Source: an uncultured Verrucomicrobiae bacterium
Lineage (GTDB): Bacteria; Verrucomicrobiota; Verrucomicrobiia; Chthoniobacterales; UBA10450
DNA length: 64,000 nucleotides
Direction: 5' to 3'
Assembly: GCA_963772365.1 (NCBI GenBank)
Contig: CAVYXA010000005.1
Location: 160,001 to 224,000, forward strand
The position numbers were made by a program, and so were the translations under genes. The notes beneath the pieces were generated by a model. The model made no database searches. It was given only the letters and a program-made list of their open reading frames with translations, and was not told the origin of the DNA. Positions 17,237-28,334 of the stretch are shown one piece after another (position 1 is the stretch's first letter; the number at the start of each line of letters is the position of its first letter).

Positions 17237-19510
17237 TCAACGGACCGCGACGCGAGACGAAGCCGCCCGTCCGTGATCGTCGAGAGCGGTGATCTCATAA
17301 TCGCCAGTGCCCGGCTTCCATAAACACACGTCACCGCACGCCGCCGTTCCGATCAAAGTTTTGCCCGCAAACCAGTAAATTTCGCGAACATCGCCGTCCG
17401 TTTTCGCTTTTAACGGAATGCTTTTCGAGGATGTGAGTACAATTCGTTGTCCCTCGGCCGGCGAAATGATTCGCGGAGGAGTTCCATCGCGAGCCGCGAG
17501 TTCAACTGACGAGCCGGGCAGAAATGGCGGCGGCAATTTCCGAGGCAATCCGGCGCTGGCAAAGAGCGTCATAAATTCGCTGGACCAGAATTCGTAGATT
17601 TCATGGCGCAAAACGTGTCTGCCGTCATCAACCGGCAGGCGCAATCCGGTGGCTACATCGACGAGCACTTCGCGATGAACATCGCAGGTTTTAATCGGCG
17701 AAACTCCGGGAATGAACCAGCCCTCGACGCGCTGCGTGCAGAACGGCCCGGGCAAATCGCCCGAGACAGCGCAAAATTCCACGCGTTTCAGATTTGCACC
17801 GGCCAGCGGCAAATGCGGTTCGTTAGGCTGTGGCCAGGTCGCGCGCAGACTATCGATGATCCGGAACAGCAGCGGAGCGGCTGCGCTTCGCCCGATGAAG
17901 TTTGGATTGGCGCGGCCATCGAAGTTCCCGATCCAAACAGCAAGCACATAATGATCGAAGATCGCCACCGACCAGGCATCGCGAAAACCGTGCGATGTTC
18001 CAGTTTTCCAAAAGACCGGCGCCATTCGTGTCGAATCCGCGCAGGCCATTTCCGGTCTGGGCTGATCCAGCATTTCAATGGTAAGAAAAACAGCTTCGGG
18101 TGAAATGAGGCGCGACGCGTTCGCGGCAATCGGATCGCTGCGAACGCGGCGGAGTGGACGAAGTTCTCCTTCATTCGCCAAAGCGGCGTAGAGTCGAACC
18201 AGGTTCTCCATCGAAATTTCTGCCCCGCCAAGCGGAAGCGTTAGGCCATAGGTCGATTCCGAACCTGCCAACGGAACACCGGCGCGGCGGAGAAATTCGT
18301 AGAAGGTCGGGTGCGACAGTTTCGAGGCCAGTTCGATTGCGGGGAGATTTCGGCTGCGGGCGAGCGCGTCGGTTGCGCGAATCGGGCCGAGAAACTCGCG
18401 ATCGAAATTCTCCGGATTATAATCGCCGAAACTTCGCGGCGCATCGGCCAGGATCGACAACGGATGAATCAAACCTTGATCGATCGCGAGCGCGTAAACA
18501 AACGGCTTTAGTGCCGAGCCCGGCGAGCGCGGACTGCGTGTTCCGTCGACCTGTCCCTGAATTGCCGCGTTGAAAAAATCGGCGGAACCGATTTGCGCGA
18601 GCACATCCATCGTGCGGGAGTCGATCAGCAATGCCGCAGCGTTCTGCATTCCGCGATTTCGATTCATCCGAATGTAACCGGCGACACGGCGCTCGATCAG
18701 TTGCTGTCGATCCAAATCGAGCGTGGTTACGATCGCTCGCTCGTTTCTGCGTGTTATCAGAACTTGCTGAACAAAATGTGGCGCTAAAAATTCAGGCTCT
18801 GTCTCTGCTCGCGGCCGGAACAAAATTGCCGCATCGCTGTTATGTCGGGTGCGCCGGGAGAGAACGGCATTCAGCGCGTGATTCTCGCGATCGACCAGCA
18901 GCGCGCGTCGCGAAGGACTTTGCGGAATCATGCTCAAAGCGATCGATTCAGGCCGGCTTAAACGCGCGGCAGGCTTCACGAAGTAGAATTCGCTCGCCGC
19001 GGCTGCGCCTTCGATGTTTCGCCCATACGGCGCGAGATTCAGATACGCTTCGAGAATTTCGTCTTTCGAGTAATGACGTTCGATTTCCAGAGCCAGCAGG
19101 ATTTGATTTAACTTTCCAGCGAATGTTCGCGTGTGCAGATGAAAACGGAGACGCGCCAGTTGCATCGTGATTGTCGATGCTCCCATGCGCGGAGCGCCAC
19201 GCAACAAACCAACTGTGGAGCGAAATAAGGCGACCGGATTCACGCCCGGATGACGCCAAAAATATTTATCTTCGTATCGCAGCGTCGCACCGATCAGTTC
19301 CGGGGAGATGTCACGCAGCGGTGTAAGGATTCGAAATTTCTGGTCGGAAGTGAGCGTGACTCTGAGCAATTTGCCATTTCGATCGCGAACAGATTGCGAG
19401 AACGAAACACCGTCGAGCAACTGTGGCTTTGGCAATGCGAGCCAGAATGCAACAGCTAATACGGCGAGAAATAAGAGCGACCGCAGCGTCTTCTTCAATC
19501 GCATGTTCAT
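17237..19510 (-). CDS. pbpC: Penicillin-binding protein 1C
   Basis: Transglycosylase (YEDK, GASTITMQLAR), transpeptidase (SPGSALKP, SRN, KTGTS), C-terminal domain; adjacent to alpha-2-macroglobulin. Confidence 0.95.
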   Translation of the reverse strand: MNMRLKKTLRSLLFLAVLAVAFWLALPKPQLLDGVSFSQSVRDRNGKLLRVTLTSDQKFRILTPLRDISPELIGATLRYEDKYFWRHPGVNPVALFRSTVGLLRGAPRMGASTITMQLARLRFHLHTRTFAGKLNQILLALEIERHYSKDEILEAYLNLAPYGRNIEGAAAASEFYFVKPAARLSRPESIALSMIPQSPSRRALLVDRENHALNAVLSRRTRHNSDAAILFRPRAETEPEFLAPHFVQQVLITRRNERAIVTTLDLDRQQLIERRVAGYIRMNRNRGMQNAAALLIDSRTMDVLAQIGSADFFNAAIQGQVDGTRSPRSPGSALKPFVYALAIDQGLIHPLSILADAPRSFGDYNPENFDREFLGPIRATDALARSRNLPAIELASKLSHPTFYEFLRRAGVPLAGSESTYGLTLPLGGAEISMENLVRLYAALANEGELRPLRRVRSDPIAANASRLISPEAVFLTIEMLDQPRPEMACADSTRMAPVFWKTGTSHGFRDAWSVAIFDHYVLAVWIGNFDGRANPNFIGRSAAAPLLFRIIDSLRATWPQPNEPHLPLAGANLKRVEFCAVSGDLPGPFCTQRVEGWFIPGVSPIKTCDVHREVLVDVATGLRLPVDDGRHVLRHEIYEFWSSEFMTLFASAGLPRKLPPPFLPGSSVELAARDGTPPRIISPAEGQRIVLTSSKSIPLKAKTDGDVREIYWFAGKTLIGTAACGDVCLWKPGTGDYEITALDDHGRAASSRVAVR

Positions 19511-22500
19511 TCCGTCACGCTGATCCGTCCGCCGACGCCCACTCCTTTGATATTGCGTTCGTACATCGAGCCCGCGAAAACCGGTGGAACGACAAACTCG
19601 CCGCGATTATCGGGCTTGATCTGATAATTGATCTCAAGCACTCGCTTGGACACGGTCGCGAAAAAAACGGCGCGATCTTCGCGAAGATCGACGTAATCGA
19701 CGCCCGCGATGGAGGAAATGCCCGGCTGCAACGATGTTGTTACGACTTCAAATCCGCCTGGCAGAAGATCGATGATGGCGACATTGCTGATCCATTCGCG
19801 ATTCACGCTCCGCACATGCAAGCGAACGTGAACCGGTTCGCCCAATTTCGTGCGCGTCACTGGCTTATCGTTTTTGTCGAGCAGCTCGCGATAAACTTCC
19901 AAGCCTTCCGTCACCGCCTTTTGCGGAACAGATCGATCGAACCCGGCTTCGATCACCTGGAAAAACGTACCCAGCGGATTCGTTGCTCCTGCGCTTTTGA
20001 AACGCAGCGCAGTCGCTTTTTCTGAAAATGCGGAGCGCAGCATCATCTTCGCGCCGGTGGCCAAAGTCGTCTCACGTTTGTCCGTACGGACGTCGGCGAT
20101 GGTGAGCGTCGGCAGATTTTGCGCGACAACATGCGAATATGTTTTTAACGCCTGCACCGCATATGCCGCCGAAAGCGTGTTGAAATCGCCTTCGCCGATC
20201 GGTTGCAGAATTTGTTCGAATTGCTGCGCTGAAAGTCTTTTCAGGCGCGACGGAAATTCACGCCCGAGCACGGCGACATATTGCGAGTTGGTCCCGAGAG
20301 GCTGGCAGAAATCATCGTAATCACGCGCGGCACGATTGTCGATCTTGAACTGGTCGATCAGACTCTCGGCATCGCTATCCTTGTGCAAGAGCTTGAGCGC
20401 TCCGGCGAGATAGACACCGGTGAGATCGTTCTCCCAGTTGTCTTCGTGATTCTTGTCGAGGTAATCGCGGAGATTGAGAATGTAATTTGTGGTGATGACC
20501 CCTTCGCGCGTGAGCACGTAAATCGCATAGGCAATCGTGCGCGCTTCCGCCAGATCCGATGGTTCGCTCGCGACCATTTTCCGGAGATAACGCAAACCGC
20601 TGGCGAACATCTCTGGAGGCGGCGGAAAACCGGCGACCTTTGCTTCGCTCAGAAAATGCATCCCGTAAGCGGAAACAAAGCTGATCTTTTCGCCGGTCTC
20701 CGGAGCCCAATAACCAAATGCGCCTTGATCGTTTTGTCTGCGCTGGAGCACTCCAAATGTGCGCTCGACCTGCTTGTTAATTTCCGCGCGGCTCAGTCCG
20801 AAATCGGCTTCGTCGGCCAGCAGCAGCCGGCAAAATGCGCCGCTAACGAGCTGCTCGGTACAACCGTGCGGGAAATTTTTTAGGTAAGCGTCGAGTCCGC
20901 GGGCCAGGCCAAGCGGCAGCGCGGAAGCAGTCGCGTCGCGTTTCGCAAACTCGGAATAAATCTGGCGCGTAATCGGAATTTCCGTGCTGCCCTTCTTAAG
21001 GTTTCCGCTACGGACGTCGGTCACGAATGGCGTAGCTGGCCGAATGCTGAGTGTCGCGCGTCGATGCGTTTCGATCCCGTTTCGGCTCGCAGTGAGGTTG
21101 ATCTCGCCCGAGCCGAGAACATCATTTACGCGAAATCGAAACGTTGCGCTTTGCTCCCGTCCTTCTGCAATTTTCATTTTCTGGCTGGCATTGCCGAGGA
21201 TCGACAAGTGCGGAGAAGTTTCCGCGCGTAGCGCGATCTCGGCATCCGCGCCTGAACCTTCGACGTTGTTCGCCACCGTCACGCCAACTTCAAATTCATC
21301 CCCCGGCGCCGCTAAAACCGGGGCGCTCGGCGTTATGACGAACGGCCCCCGAATCAACGTTTCGCGATCCGCTGATCCCGTCGTTTCGTTCGAAACGGCG
21401 ACGGCCATTATTTTTAAGGCGCCGTCAAAGAAATCAGGCACGTCATAGACGACTTCGCGTCGCGTTGTGTCGGCATCGACAATTCCAGACCAAAACACCA
21501 CCGGCTTTTCGGTGACGCGCTTGAATGGATTCAGCTTTTGGACTTCACCGCCGTCACCGCCGAAAGCCGAGAGCGATCGCAACAGGGAAAATTCGGGAAT
21601 GATAAGATCGACAATCTGCGCAGTCTCGACTCCGAGCGCGCATTTGCGGAAGAAGTAGGCGAGCGGATCGGGCGTTTTGTAATTCGTGACCTGTAAAATT
21701 CCCTGATCGACCGCGAAGATGACGATTTTGCCCGGCCGATCTGTCTTGTAGCCGATCCGTAGCGGCTCGCCCGGTTTTGATTTGGCAGCGGTATCGATGT
21801 CGATCTTGAGGCGGCGCTTCTCAACATTTGCCGTAAACGGAACAACGCCATAGCTCAGCGGGCTCACAAAAATCTCCTTCGAATCGAGCGCCCGGACAAA
21901 AGCCACATTGACATAACCACTTCCTTCGAAATCAGCTGGCAGCCGAATGTGCTGAACGCTGCTGGCGCTGCTCGTCTCGAACCAGGCAAACGCATAAACT
22001 TTTTCGCGCTCGATTGTGATGAGTCCACTCCCGGCGTAGGGCGCCGTCACGCTCACTGCAATCTCGTCACCGGCCCGGTATTCTTTTTGATCTAGCTTGA
22101 TTTCGAGCTCAGCGTTTTTCTCGAGCGCATGGGCGACGCCTTGGCCGACGACGGAGAAATGAACGTTCGCAAGCGCGCGATTGTGATCGTCGCGCAGGTC
22201 TAGGATGTAATTGCCCGGCTCATGGGTCGGCAGCGTATAATGCAAACCAGTCGCAGGAATCACGATCTTTTCCGTGGACGTCGGGCGTTCGCGCAGGACC
22301 GATTCGTAAACGTAATTTCCGTTCTCCTGTTTCTTGAGAACAGAAACGTACTCCTGGGCGATAACGTTGACCGTGACATTTTCGACGGCGATCCGATTGA
22401 GCTGCGCGTCGACGGCAATCAAATCCACCGCCCGCGGTTTGCTCATGTCGATGTAACGGAGATCGCCGCCGGTCTTGCAGCCGACGACATACGGCAGCGC

Positions 22501-25287
22501 CGAGACGAGCGCGCTAACATAGCTGGTCACGCTGCGGCCGCCTTCGCTTTCGAATCCCTCGGCGATAAAGCGGACCGAATAGGTCGCGTCAGCAAATCGT
22601 TCCAGTTTCAAATCGAACCCAGTGCTTCCCTGTTCGTTCGTCTTGGTTTCGCCAAGATCGACAGTTTGCTCTTCGCGATATTTCTTTTCGTCCAGCAATG
22701 GATCGAAAAATGTGTAGTCGCGAAATTCCGGAAACGAAAACGCGGCCGGGGCGAGCTCGATTTTTCCGGTGACACGGCGATCGGTTGCCGGTGTTCCGTA
22801 AAGGTTGGCCAAAAGAACCGACGCATGAACGTTATCCGGGCTGATCCAGCCGCGTGGGGCGCTTTTGGAAAGGCGCGCCTCGATCTTCATCCGATCGGGC
22901 AGAAACTCTTTTACGTTTGCAGTTGTCGATCCCAACAAGGTCGCACGCCTGTTGTTCTTGATGAGATAAACATTGATCGTGTAAAGGCCGGTGGGGGACT
23001 CGTTAGCCGTGAGATAACTTAGCTCGACAAAACCGCTGTCGGGCAGCGTGATCTTTTTGGTTTGGACGCGCAGATCGCGTGCATCGACAACCTCGGTTTC
23101 AACTGGCAGATCTTTCAGGTTTCCATGCCAATTGCGCTGTTTCACCACCGCGCCGATGTGGATCTCGTCGCCCGGCCGATAAACGCCGCGCTCAGTGAAA
23201 ACAAACGCGTCCAAACCGTCAGGGCCGATGTTCTCCGCGCCGTCGATATCGAATCGCGAAAAATTCAGGACGCGATCGTCGGTCGCAAATGGTAGGAAGG
23301 AGACGTCATCGCCGTAGCGCGCGACAAATGCGACCGGTGCTTTTTCCCGCTCAGATTTTTCCACCGATGGAAAAGAGCAATGTCCACCGGTGTCCGTTTG
23401 AGCCGACTGAATGGGGACACCATTCTTGCCCAGGATCTCAACGGTAGCGCCACCGATCGGCTTTCCGGTTTTGATCGAGATTAGGAAAACGTCGCTGCTG
23501 CCGCCGTTGTTTTTCTTACTCAGGATTCCGATATCGGTGATGAGGAGAAATCGACTGTCTCTCACCGATTGAATCGTTTTTTTTGTGACCGGGTCCCAAC
23601 CACGTGCAGTCAGGAAAAATAAACCACGCTCACTTCCGCCGTCCGCCGGCTTGGTCAAGTAGGCCGAGAAATTGAATGCGGAATAATTCGCTTTCCATTT
23701 GTCTGGGGCCGCGATCGGCTGCTGTTCCAGACCGATTCGTGAAATGTTTTCCTGGTTAAACAAACCGGGATCGCGAAATTCCGGCTCTTCAAATTTTCCT
23801 TCGGTCTGACTGACGAGATGATTGATCTGGGTCGTGGCTACGCGGGCGATTTCGTATTCGATCGCCGTCAGGCCGCGCGAGCGGATCGACAATTTTCGTT
23901 CGCCATTCAATGCCAGCAATCCACCCTGGCCTTCGATTTGAACCTCGCGCGGCAGCTCTGGAACATCGACAACTGCGTTGTGATCTTCCACCAGCGGGTA
24001 ATCGCCGAGCGCGCGCACTCCTTTTGCGATCCGGATGTAAAGCTCGCCATCAGTTTCCACCCGCACCCGAAATGCGTGTTGTCGATCCTGCGCTTTCTCC
24101 GACGGAATTGCGGTGATCTCAATTGATTTGGCTTGATCGAGGACTTGATCGGGAACATCTGATGCGCTCTTCCATTTCGAATTTTCGCTCACAGATTCCT
24201 CGTTAGATTCCTCCGATTCCTGCGAGTCAGTGTCGGCCGATTCGTCTTGGTCAGCAGCTTCCTCTGCTCGTTTTGGCAGCAGCCAAACTTTTACGGCTTT
24301 TGCCAGATCGCGCGTGGCAATGTCTGCCGTTGTTGTGACAATGAGGACTTGTTCCGGCTCGCCATTCTTGTTTCGAACGATTATGCCGGAAACGGAATCG
24401 ATCTGGAACGCCGTGGCGATGGACGGGATTCGCACTTTCTCCTCGACATCCTCATTTGTTTGCGCACCGCCTTGAGTTGTGCGAACGCCTTTGCTCAGCA
24501 CGAGCTTCATGAAATCCTCCCGCTCTGGCAGTGTGACTGGCGAACTGCGCAGGTAGGCCAGCCGGTTATGCAGTCCGTAGTTAATATTGAAATGGGGCGC
24601 GCTCTCCGATGGTGGAAACACATTTGAGCCACCGATCATTTCCAATTGAATGTGTCGATCCAACTCGCCGGGCTCGACTGCATGGGTGAGCTCCAGCGTC
24701 GCGGTTACTTCCCGCCGGGTTGGGTTGGTCGGGTCCTGATAGAGTTCGAGCTGTTTTATCGCGATCGTGAACGGCGGCGTCTGCGCCTCATATTCCAGCC
24801 GCTCCATCCGTATCTGGTTCGGAAAAAATTTCTTGTCGAAAATGATCCGGAATTTTTTGTCAGCAGGCCAATCCTGATTGGGTTTAAAGAAGAGATGTTT
24901 GTCACCCGCCCACATCCACTTGCCAGCCGTCGGCGGATCGAGCCGCACTCCTCGGAGATCGGTCTTTTTCAGATCTTCCAGACGCGCCACGGAGTCGCTG
25001 AATCGGATATCGAGCGTGGGAAATGTTAACTCTTTGTCCAACTTCGTTACCGGAATCGGTTCGACAGTTACCGTGACGTAACGCGGTTTTGGCCGATGCT
25101 CGTACCAATTCAAAGTCCAGGCTGCCCCGGAAAGGAACAGAAGAACGAGGACGACTACCGCAGCGACCATGCGCGGATGTCGCTCCAATGCCGCGCGGAC
25201 ACGATTGATCCAGTCGGGCGGACGCCACGCGATATTGCCGAAGATGTGAGCCGGAAGTTGCCGACAGAACACGAAAAAGTTTTTCAT
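19507..25287 (-). CDS. Bacterial alpha-2-macroglobulin
   Basis: 1926 aa; TERGVYRPG, FAVDQGIL, thioester motif PHGCTEQ, DLLPGGFE, REDR. Confidence 0.95.
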   Translation of the reverse strand: MKNFFVFCRQLPAHIFGNIAWRPPDWINRVRAALERHPRMVAAVVVLVLLFLSGAAWTLNWYEHRPKPRYVTVTVEPIPVTKLDKELTFPTLDIRFSDSVARLEDLKKTDLRGVRLDPPTAGKWMWAGDKHLFFKPNQDWPADKKFRIIFDKKFFPNQIRMERLEYEAQTPPFTIAIKQLELYQDPTNPTRREVTATLELTHAVEPGELDRHIQLEMIGGSNVFPPSESAPHFNINYGLHNRLAYLRSSPVTLPEREDFMKLVLSKGVRTTQGGAQTNEDVEEKVRIPSIATAFQIDSVSGIIVRNKNGEPEQVLIVTTTADIATRDLAKAVKVWLLPKRAEEAADQDESADTDSQESEESNEESVSENSKWKSASDVPDQVLDQAKSIEITAIPSEKAQDRQHAFRVRVETDGELYIRIAKGVRALGDYPLVEDHNAVVDVPELPREVQIEGQGGLLALNGERKLSIRSRGLTAIEYEIARVATTQINHLVSQTEGKFEEPEFRDPGLFNQENISRIGLEQQPIAAPDKWKANYSAFNFSAYLTKPADGGSERGLFFLTARGWDPVTKKTIQSVRDSRFLLITDIGILSKKNNGGSSDVFLISIKTGKPIGGATVEILGKNGVPIQSAQTDTGGHCSFPSVEKSEREKAPVAFVARYGDDVSFLPFATDDRVLNFSRFDIDGAENIGPDGLDAFVFTERGVYRPGDEIHIGAVVKQRNWHGNLKDLPVETEVVDARDLRVQTKKITLPDSGFVELSYLTANESPTGLYTINVYLIKNNRRATLLGSTTANVKEFLPDRMKIEARLSKSAPRGWISPDNVHASVLLANLYGTPATDRRVTGKIELAPAAFSFPEFRDYTFFDPLLDEKKYREEQTVDLGETKTNEQGSTGFDLKLERFADATYSVRFIAEGFESEGGRSVTSYVSALVSALPYVVGCKTGGDLRYIDMSKPRAVDLIAVDAQLNRIAVENVTVNVIAQEYVSVLKKQENGNYVYESVLRERPTSTEKIVIPATGLHYTLPTHEPGNYILDLRDDHNRALANVHFSVVGQGVAHALEKNAELEIKLDQKEYRAGDEIAVSVTAPYAGSGLITIEREKVYAFAWFETSSASSVQHIRLPADFEGSGYVNVAFVRALDSKEIFVSPLSYGVVPFTANVEKRRLKIDIDTAAKSKPGEPLRIGYKTDRPGKIVIFAVDQGILQVTNYKTPDPLAYFFRKCALGVETAQIVDLIIPEFSLLRSLSAFGGDGGEVQKLNPFKRVTEKPVVFWSGIVDADTTRREVVYDVPDFFDGALKIMAVAVSNETTGSADRETLIRGPFVITPSAPVLAAPGDEFEVGVTVANNVEGSGADAEIALRAETSPHLSILGNASQKMKIAEGREQSATFRFRVNDVLGSGEINLTASRNGIETHRRATLSIRPATPFVTDVRSGNLKKGSTEIPITRQIYSEFAKRDATASALPLGLARGLDAYLKNFPHGCTEQLVSGAFCRLLLADEADFGLSRAEINKQVERTFGVLQRRQNDQGAFGYWAPETGEKISFVSAYGMHFLSEAKVAGFPPPPEMFASGLRYLRKMVASEPSDLAEARTIAYAIYVLTREGVITTNYILNLRDYLDKNHEDNWENDLTGVYLAGALKLLHKDSDAESLIDQFKIDNRAARDYDDFCQPLGTNSQYVAVLGREFPSRLKRLSAQQFEQILQPIGEGDFNTLSAAYAVQALKTYSHVVAQNLPTLTIADVRTDKRETTLATGAKMMLRSAFSEKATALRFKSAGATNPLGTFFQVIEAGFDRSVPQKAVTEGLEVYRELLDKNDKPVTRTKLGEPVHVRLHVRSVNREWISNVAIIDLLPGGFEVVTTSLQPGISSIAGVDYVDLREDRAVFFATVSKRVLEINYQIKPDNRGEFVVPPVFAGSMYERNIKGVGVGGRISVTE

Positions 25288-25376
25288 TTTGGTATAGATT
25301 CGTCAGTTCACTCAAAATCTTTCAAAAAATCGATACTATTTGTCTCTCGCACCGGAACCCGATAAGTAGGATCGGG

Positions 25377-25988
25377 ATGAAAACCGGCGGCCTGCTCGCT
25401 ACCCGGCGAAGTCTGATCGATCGATTGGCCAACTGGGACGATCAACGGCGCTGGCAGGAATTTTTCGATACCTATTGGAAATTGATTTACGGCGCAGCGC
25501 GTCGATCGGGTCTGACTGACGCCGAATCACAGGATGTGGTCCAGGAAACGATTATCACCGTTGCGCGACAGATTGAGAAACTGCATTACGATCCGGCGAT
25601 TGGTTCGTTTAAAGGCTGGCTTTTGCAGATCACGCGGTGGCGGATCGGGGACCAGCTTCGCAAACGGGATCGCGCGATAAAACTGCAGGCGAATGATGAT
25701 CAGCGAACGGCAACGATTGAGCGGCTGCCCGATCCGAACATTGTCGATCTTGAGACATTTTGGGAACGCGAATGGCAGGAGAATCTGTTGGCAGCAGCTA
25801 TCACGCGCGTGAAAAAGAAAGTCGATCCGAAACAGTTTCAGATTTTCGATTGCTATGTGCGCAAGGAATGGCCCGCGCAAGAAGTGGCGCGGAAATTACG
25901 GGTCAGCGTCGGCCAGGTTTATTTGGCGCGACACCGCGTCGGCGCGCTTTTGAAAAGGGAAATCAGGACGCTGAAAAAGACTGGCTGA
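25377..25988 (+). CDS. ECF sigma-70 factor
   Basis: TRRSLIDRL, WQEFFDTY, QDVVQE, GSFKGWL, C-terminal HTH. Confidence 0.93.
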   Translation: MKTGGLLATRRSLIDRLANWDDQRRWQEFFDTYWKLIYGAARRSGLTDAESQDVVQETIITVARQIEKLHYDPAIGSFKGWLLQITRWRIGDQLRKRDRAIKLQANDDQRTATIERLPDPNIVDLETFWEREWQENLLAAAITRVKKKVDPKQFQIFDCYVRKEWPAQEVARKLRVSVGQVYLARHRVGALLKREIRTLKKTG

Positions 25989-26012
25989 TAGCAAAGACGA
26001 AGTTTCGTAGCG

Positions 26013-28328
26013 TTGCCACTCCGCCCGCCGTTGTGTAAAATCGCTTTTATCGCTAACGAGGTTTCCGCGAAAATTCCAATCATCCCCGATCACGAAGTGC
26101 TACGCGTGATTGGGCGAGGCGCGTATGGAGAAATCTGGCTGGCGCGCAGTCTCACCGGCACGCTTCGCGCCGTAAAAGTGGTGTATCGCAGCACATTTGA
26201 AAGCGAACCCGCTTTTCGGCGCGAATTTGAAGGAATGTGCGCCTTCGAGCCGATCTCGCGGGCTCATGCTGGCTTTGTCGATATTCTTCATGTCGGCCGG
26301 ACCCGCGATTATCTCTACTACATCATGGAATTGGCGGATGATCACCTGACTGGCCGCAAGATCGACATTGCCGATTACATTCCCCGCACTTTGAAGAGTG
26401 ATCTCGACCGGCAGAAGCATTTCTCCGCTGCAGAATCGATTAAGCTCGGCTTGTCGTTAACTGAGGCGGTCGACGCTTTGCATGCGCGCGGACTCAATCA
26501 TCGCGATATCAAGCCGTCGAACATCATCTTTGTCGATGGCGTTCCGAAATTGGCCGACATCGGATTAGTCGCTGCAACAGGGCAGCGTTCGTTCGTTGGC
26601 ACCGAAGGATACGTACCTCCGGAAGGGCCGGGGACGCCAGCGGCAGACATTTTCAGTTTGGGCAAGGTTCTCTACGAAACCTGCACTGGCAAAGATCGGC
26701 TCGATTTCCCGGAGCTGGATTCGCGCTTGAGCGATCGCGGCGACAAGGAGCAACTGCTGCAATTGAACGACGTCTTGATGACGGCGTGCGCGAACGAACC
26801 GGGGCGCCGTTATCCATCCGCCAAAGCAATGCACGACGATCTGGCAGTGCTCAGGCGGGGAGAACCGCTGCCTCGAAAAAGATCGCGCACCAAGTTTATA
26901 GCCGTCGCGGCTGCGGCTGCTCTGTTGATGTTGTTTGGGGTGGCGGTTTTGTATCGCGCGTTCCACGCGCAAAATCCGAACCAAGTCGATCTTCGCGTCG
27001 TGATAAACACGGAGCCAGGTAACGCGCTGGTCTTATTGGGCGATCATGCGAAACGGAGCCCGGCCACGTTCGAAAATGTGGAACCGCGAAACTACAAGCT
27101 TCGGATCATGCTGTCGTACTACGATCCAGTGGAAACGATCGTCGATGCTGAAAAATCAACGTCTCTGCCGGTTTTTCATTTGGTTCGCAGCAAGGGCGGC
27201 CTCGAAGTTCGATCCCAGCCAGCGGGAGCGACGGTTTCGATCCGAAGCAATGACGGCCAGGTATCGCGCAGCGGAATCGCACCGGCAAATTTTTCGGATT
27301 TGCCGGCAGGCAAATACATAGTGAGTGCGGCGCGCGGGGATTGGGAATTGCGCGATGAAATCGAGGTCCAGCGCAGTCAAACTACAGAGAAGAATTTTGT
27401 ATTCGCTAATGGAAGCGTAAAGATCACGAGCGCACCCAGCGGCGCGACCGTGATGCGGGGCGATCGCGAGCTTGGGCAGACGCCGTTGGTGATCGACGAG
27501 GTCAAACCCGGTCGCGTAGTTTACGATCTGCGATTGGCCGGCTACAAATCTGCATCGGTCGAAGGACGAGTCGAACCGCAGCAACAGGCGTTCCTAGCCG
27601 CGCGACTGGAAAGAAATTTGAGCCCGGAACCTGGACAGCCCTGGACGAACTCACTTGGAATGAAATTCGTCCCACTCGGCCAAATTCGGATGTCTGTCTG
27701 GGAAACGCGGGTTCAGGATTATGAAACATTTTGCCAAGCCACCGGCAGGCATTACGAACCTCCAGATTTCGAACAAGGTCCGACCCATCCGGTTGTAAAA
27801 GTGAATTGGTTTGACGCGATGGCATTTTGTAAATGGTTAACCGAAAAAGAACGCGACGAAGGTTTGCTGGAAGATCGACAGATGTACCGGCTCCCGACCG
27901 ATTTGGAATGGAGCGCCGCAGTGGGCCTACCGAATGAGAGCGGCGGGACGCCGGAGGCGCGAGATGGCAAGATTCGTAACGTATTCCCATGGGGAAAACA
28001 ATGGCCGCCGCCGCCTAGCGCGGGGAATTATTCCGTTGGAACAGGACAACGCAGCGGTACCAGCAGGCCGGTGGGAAGTTTCAGCCCCAATGCGCTTGGG
28101 ATCTACGATCTAGGCGGAAACGTGTGGGAATGGTGCATTGAAAGTTATAAAGGGAGCAGCGGCACAACGGGACGCGACTGGGGCGTCTTGCGCGGCGGTT
28201 CGTGGGCCACGAGCAATCGGCTGGAATTGCAATCGTCTTATCGCAATGTGGTCGATCGCAACGAGCGCGACGTGATTTACGGATTTCGTTGCGTTCTGGC
28301 CGCCGAAGGTAAGATCGACAATCAATAA
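26013..28328 (+). CDS. Ser/Thr kinase with TM helix, PEGA repeats and FGE-sulfatase (SUMF1) domain; start uncertain
   Basis: GRGAYG, HRDIKPSN, DIGL, GTEGYVPPE; SQPAGA/SAPSGA PEGA; HPVVKVNW, RLPTDLEW, DLGGNVWEW, RGGSW, GFRCV. Confidence 0.9.
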   Translation: MPLRPPLCKIAFIANEVSAKIPIIPDHEVLRVIGRGAYGEIWLARSLTGTLRAVKVVYRSTFESEPAFRREFEGMCAFEPISRAHAGFVDILHVGRTRDYLYYIMELADDHLTGRKIDIADYIPRTLKSDLDRQKHFSAAESIKLGLSLTEAVDALHARGLNHRDIKPSNIIFVDGVPKLADIGLVAATGQRSFVGTEGYVPPEGPGTPAADIFSLGKVLYETCTGKDRLDFPELDSRLSDRGDKEQLLQLNDVLMTACANEPGRRYPSAKAMHDDLAVLRRGEPLPRKRSRTKFIAVAAAAALLMLFGVAVLYRAFHAQNPNQVDLRVVINTEPGNALVLLGDHAKRSPATFENVEPRNYKLRIMLSYYDPVETIVDAEKSTSLPVFHLVRSKGGLEVRSQPAGATVSIRSNDGQVSRSGIAPANFSDLPAGKYIVSAARGDWELRDEIEVQRSQTTEKNFVFANGSVKITSAPSGATVMRGDRELGQTPLVIDEVKPGRVVYDLRLAGYKSASVEGRVEPQQQAFLAARLERNLSPEPGQPWTNSLGMKFVPLGQIRMSVWETRVQDYETFCQATGRHYEPPDFEQGPTHPVVKVNWFDAMAFCKWLTEKERDEGLLEDRQMYRLPTDLEWSAAVGLPNESGGTPEARDGKIRNVFPWGKQWPPPPSAGNYSVGTGQRSGTSRPVGSFSPNALGIYDLGGNVWEWCIESYKGSSGTTGRDWGVLRGGSWATSNRLELQSSYRNVVDRNERDVIYGFRCVLAAEGKIDNQ

Positions 28329-28334
28329 GGCCAC

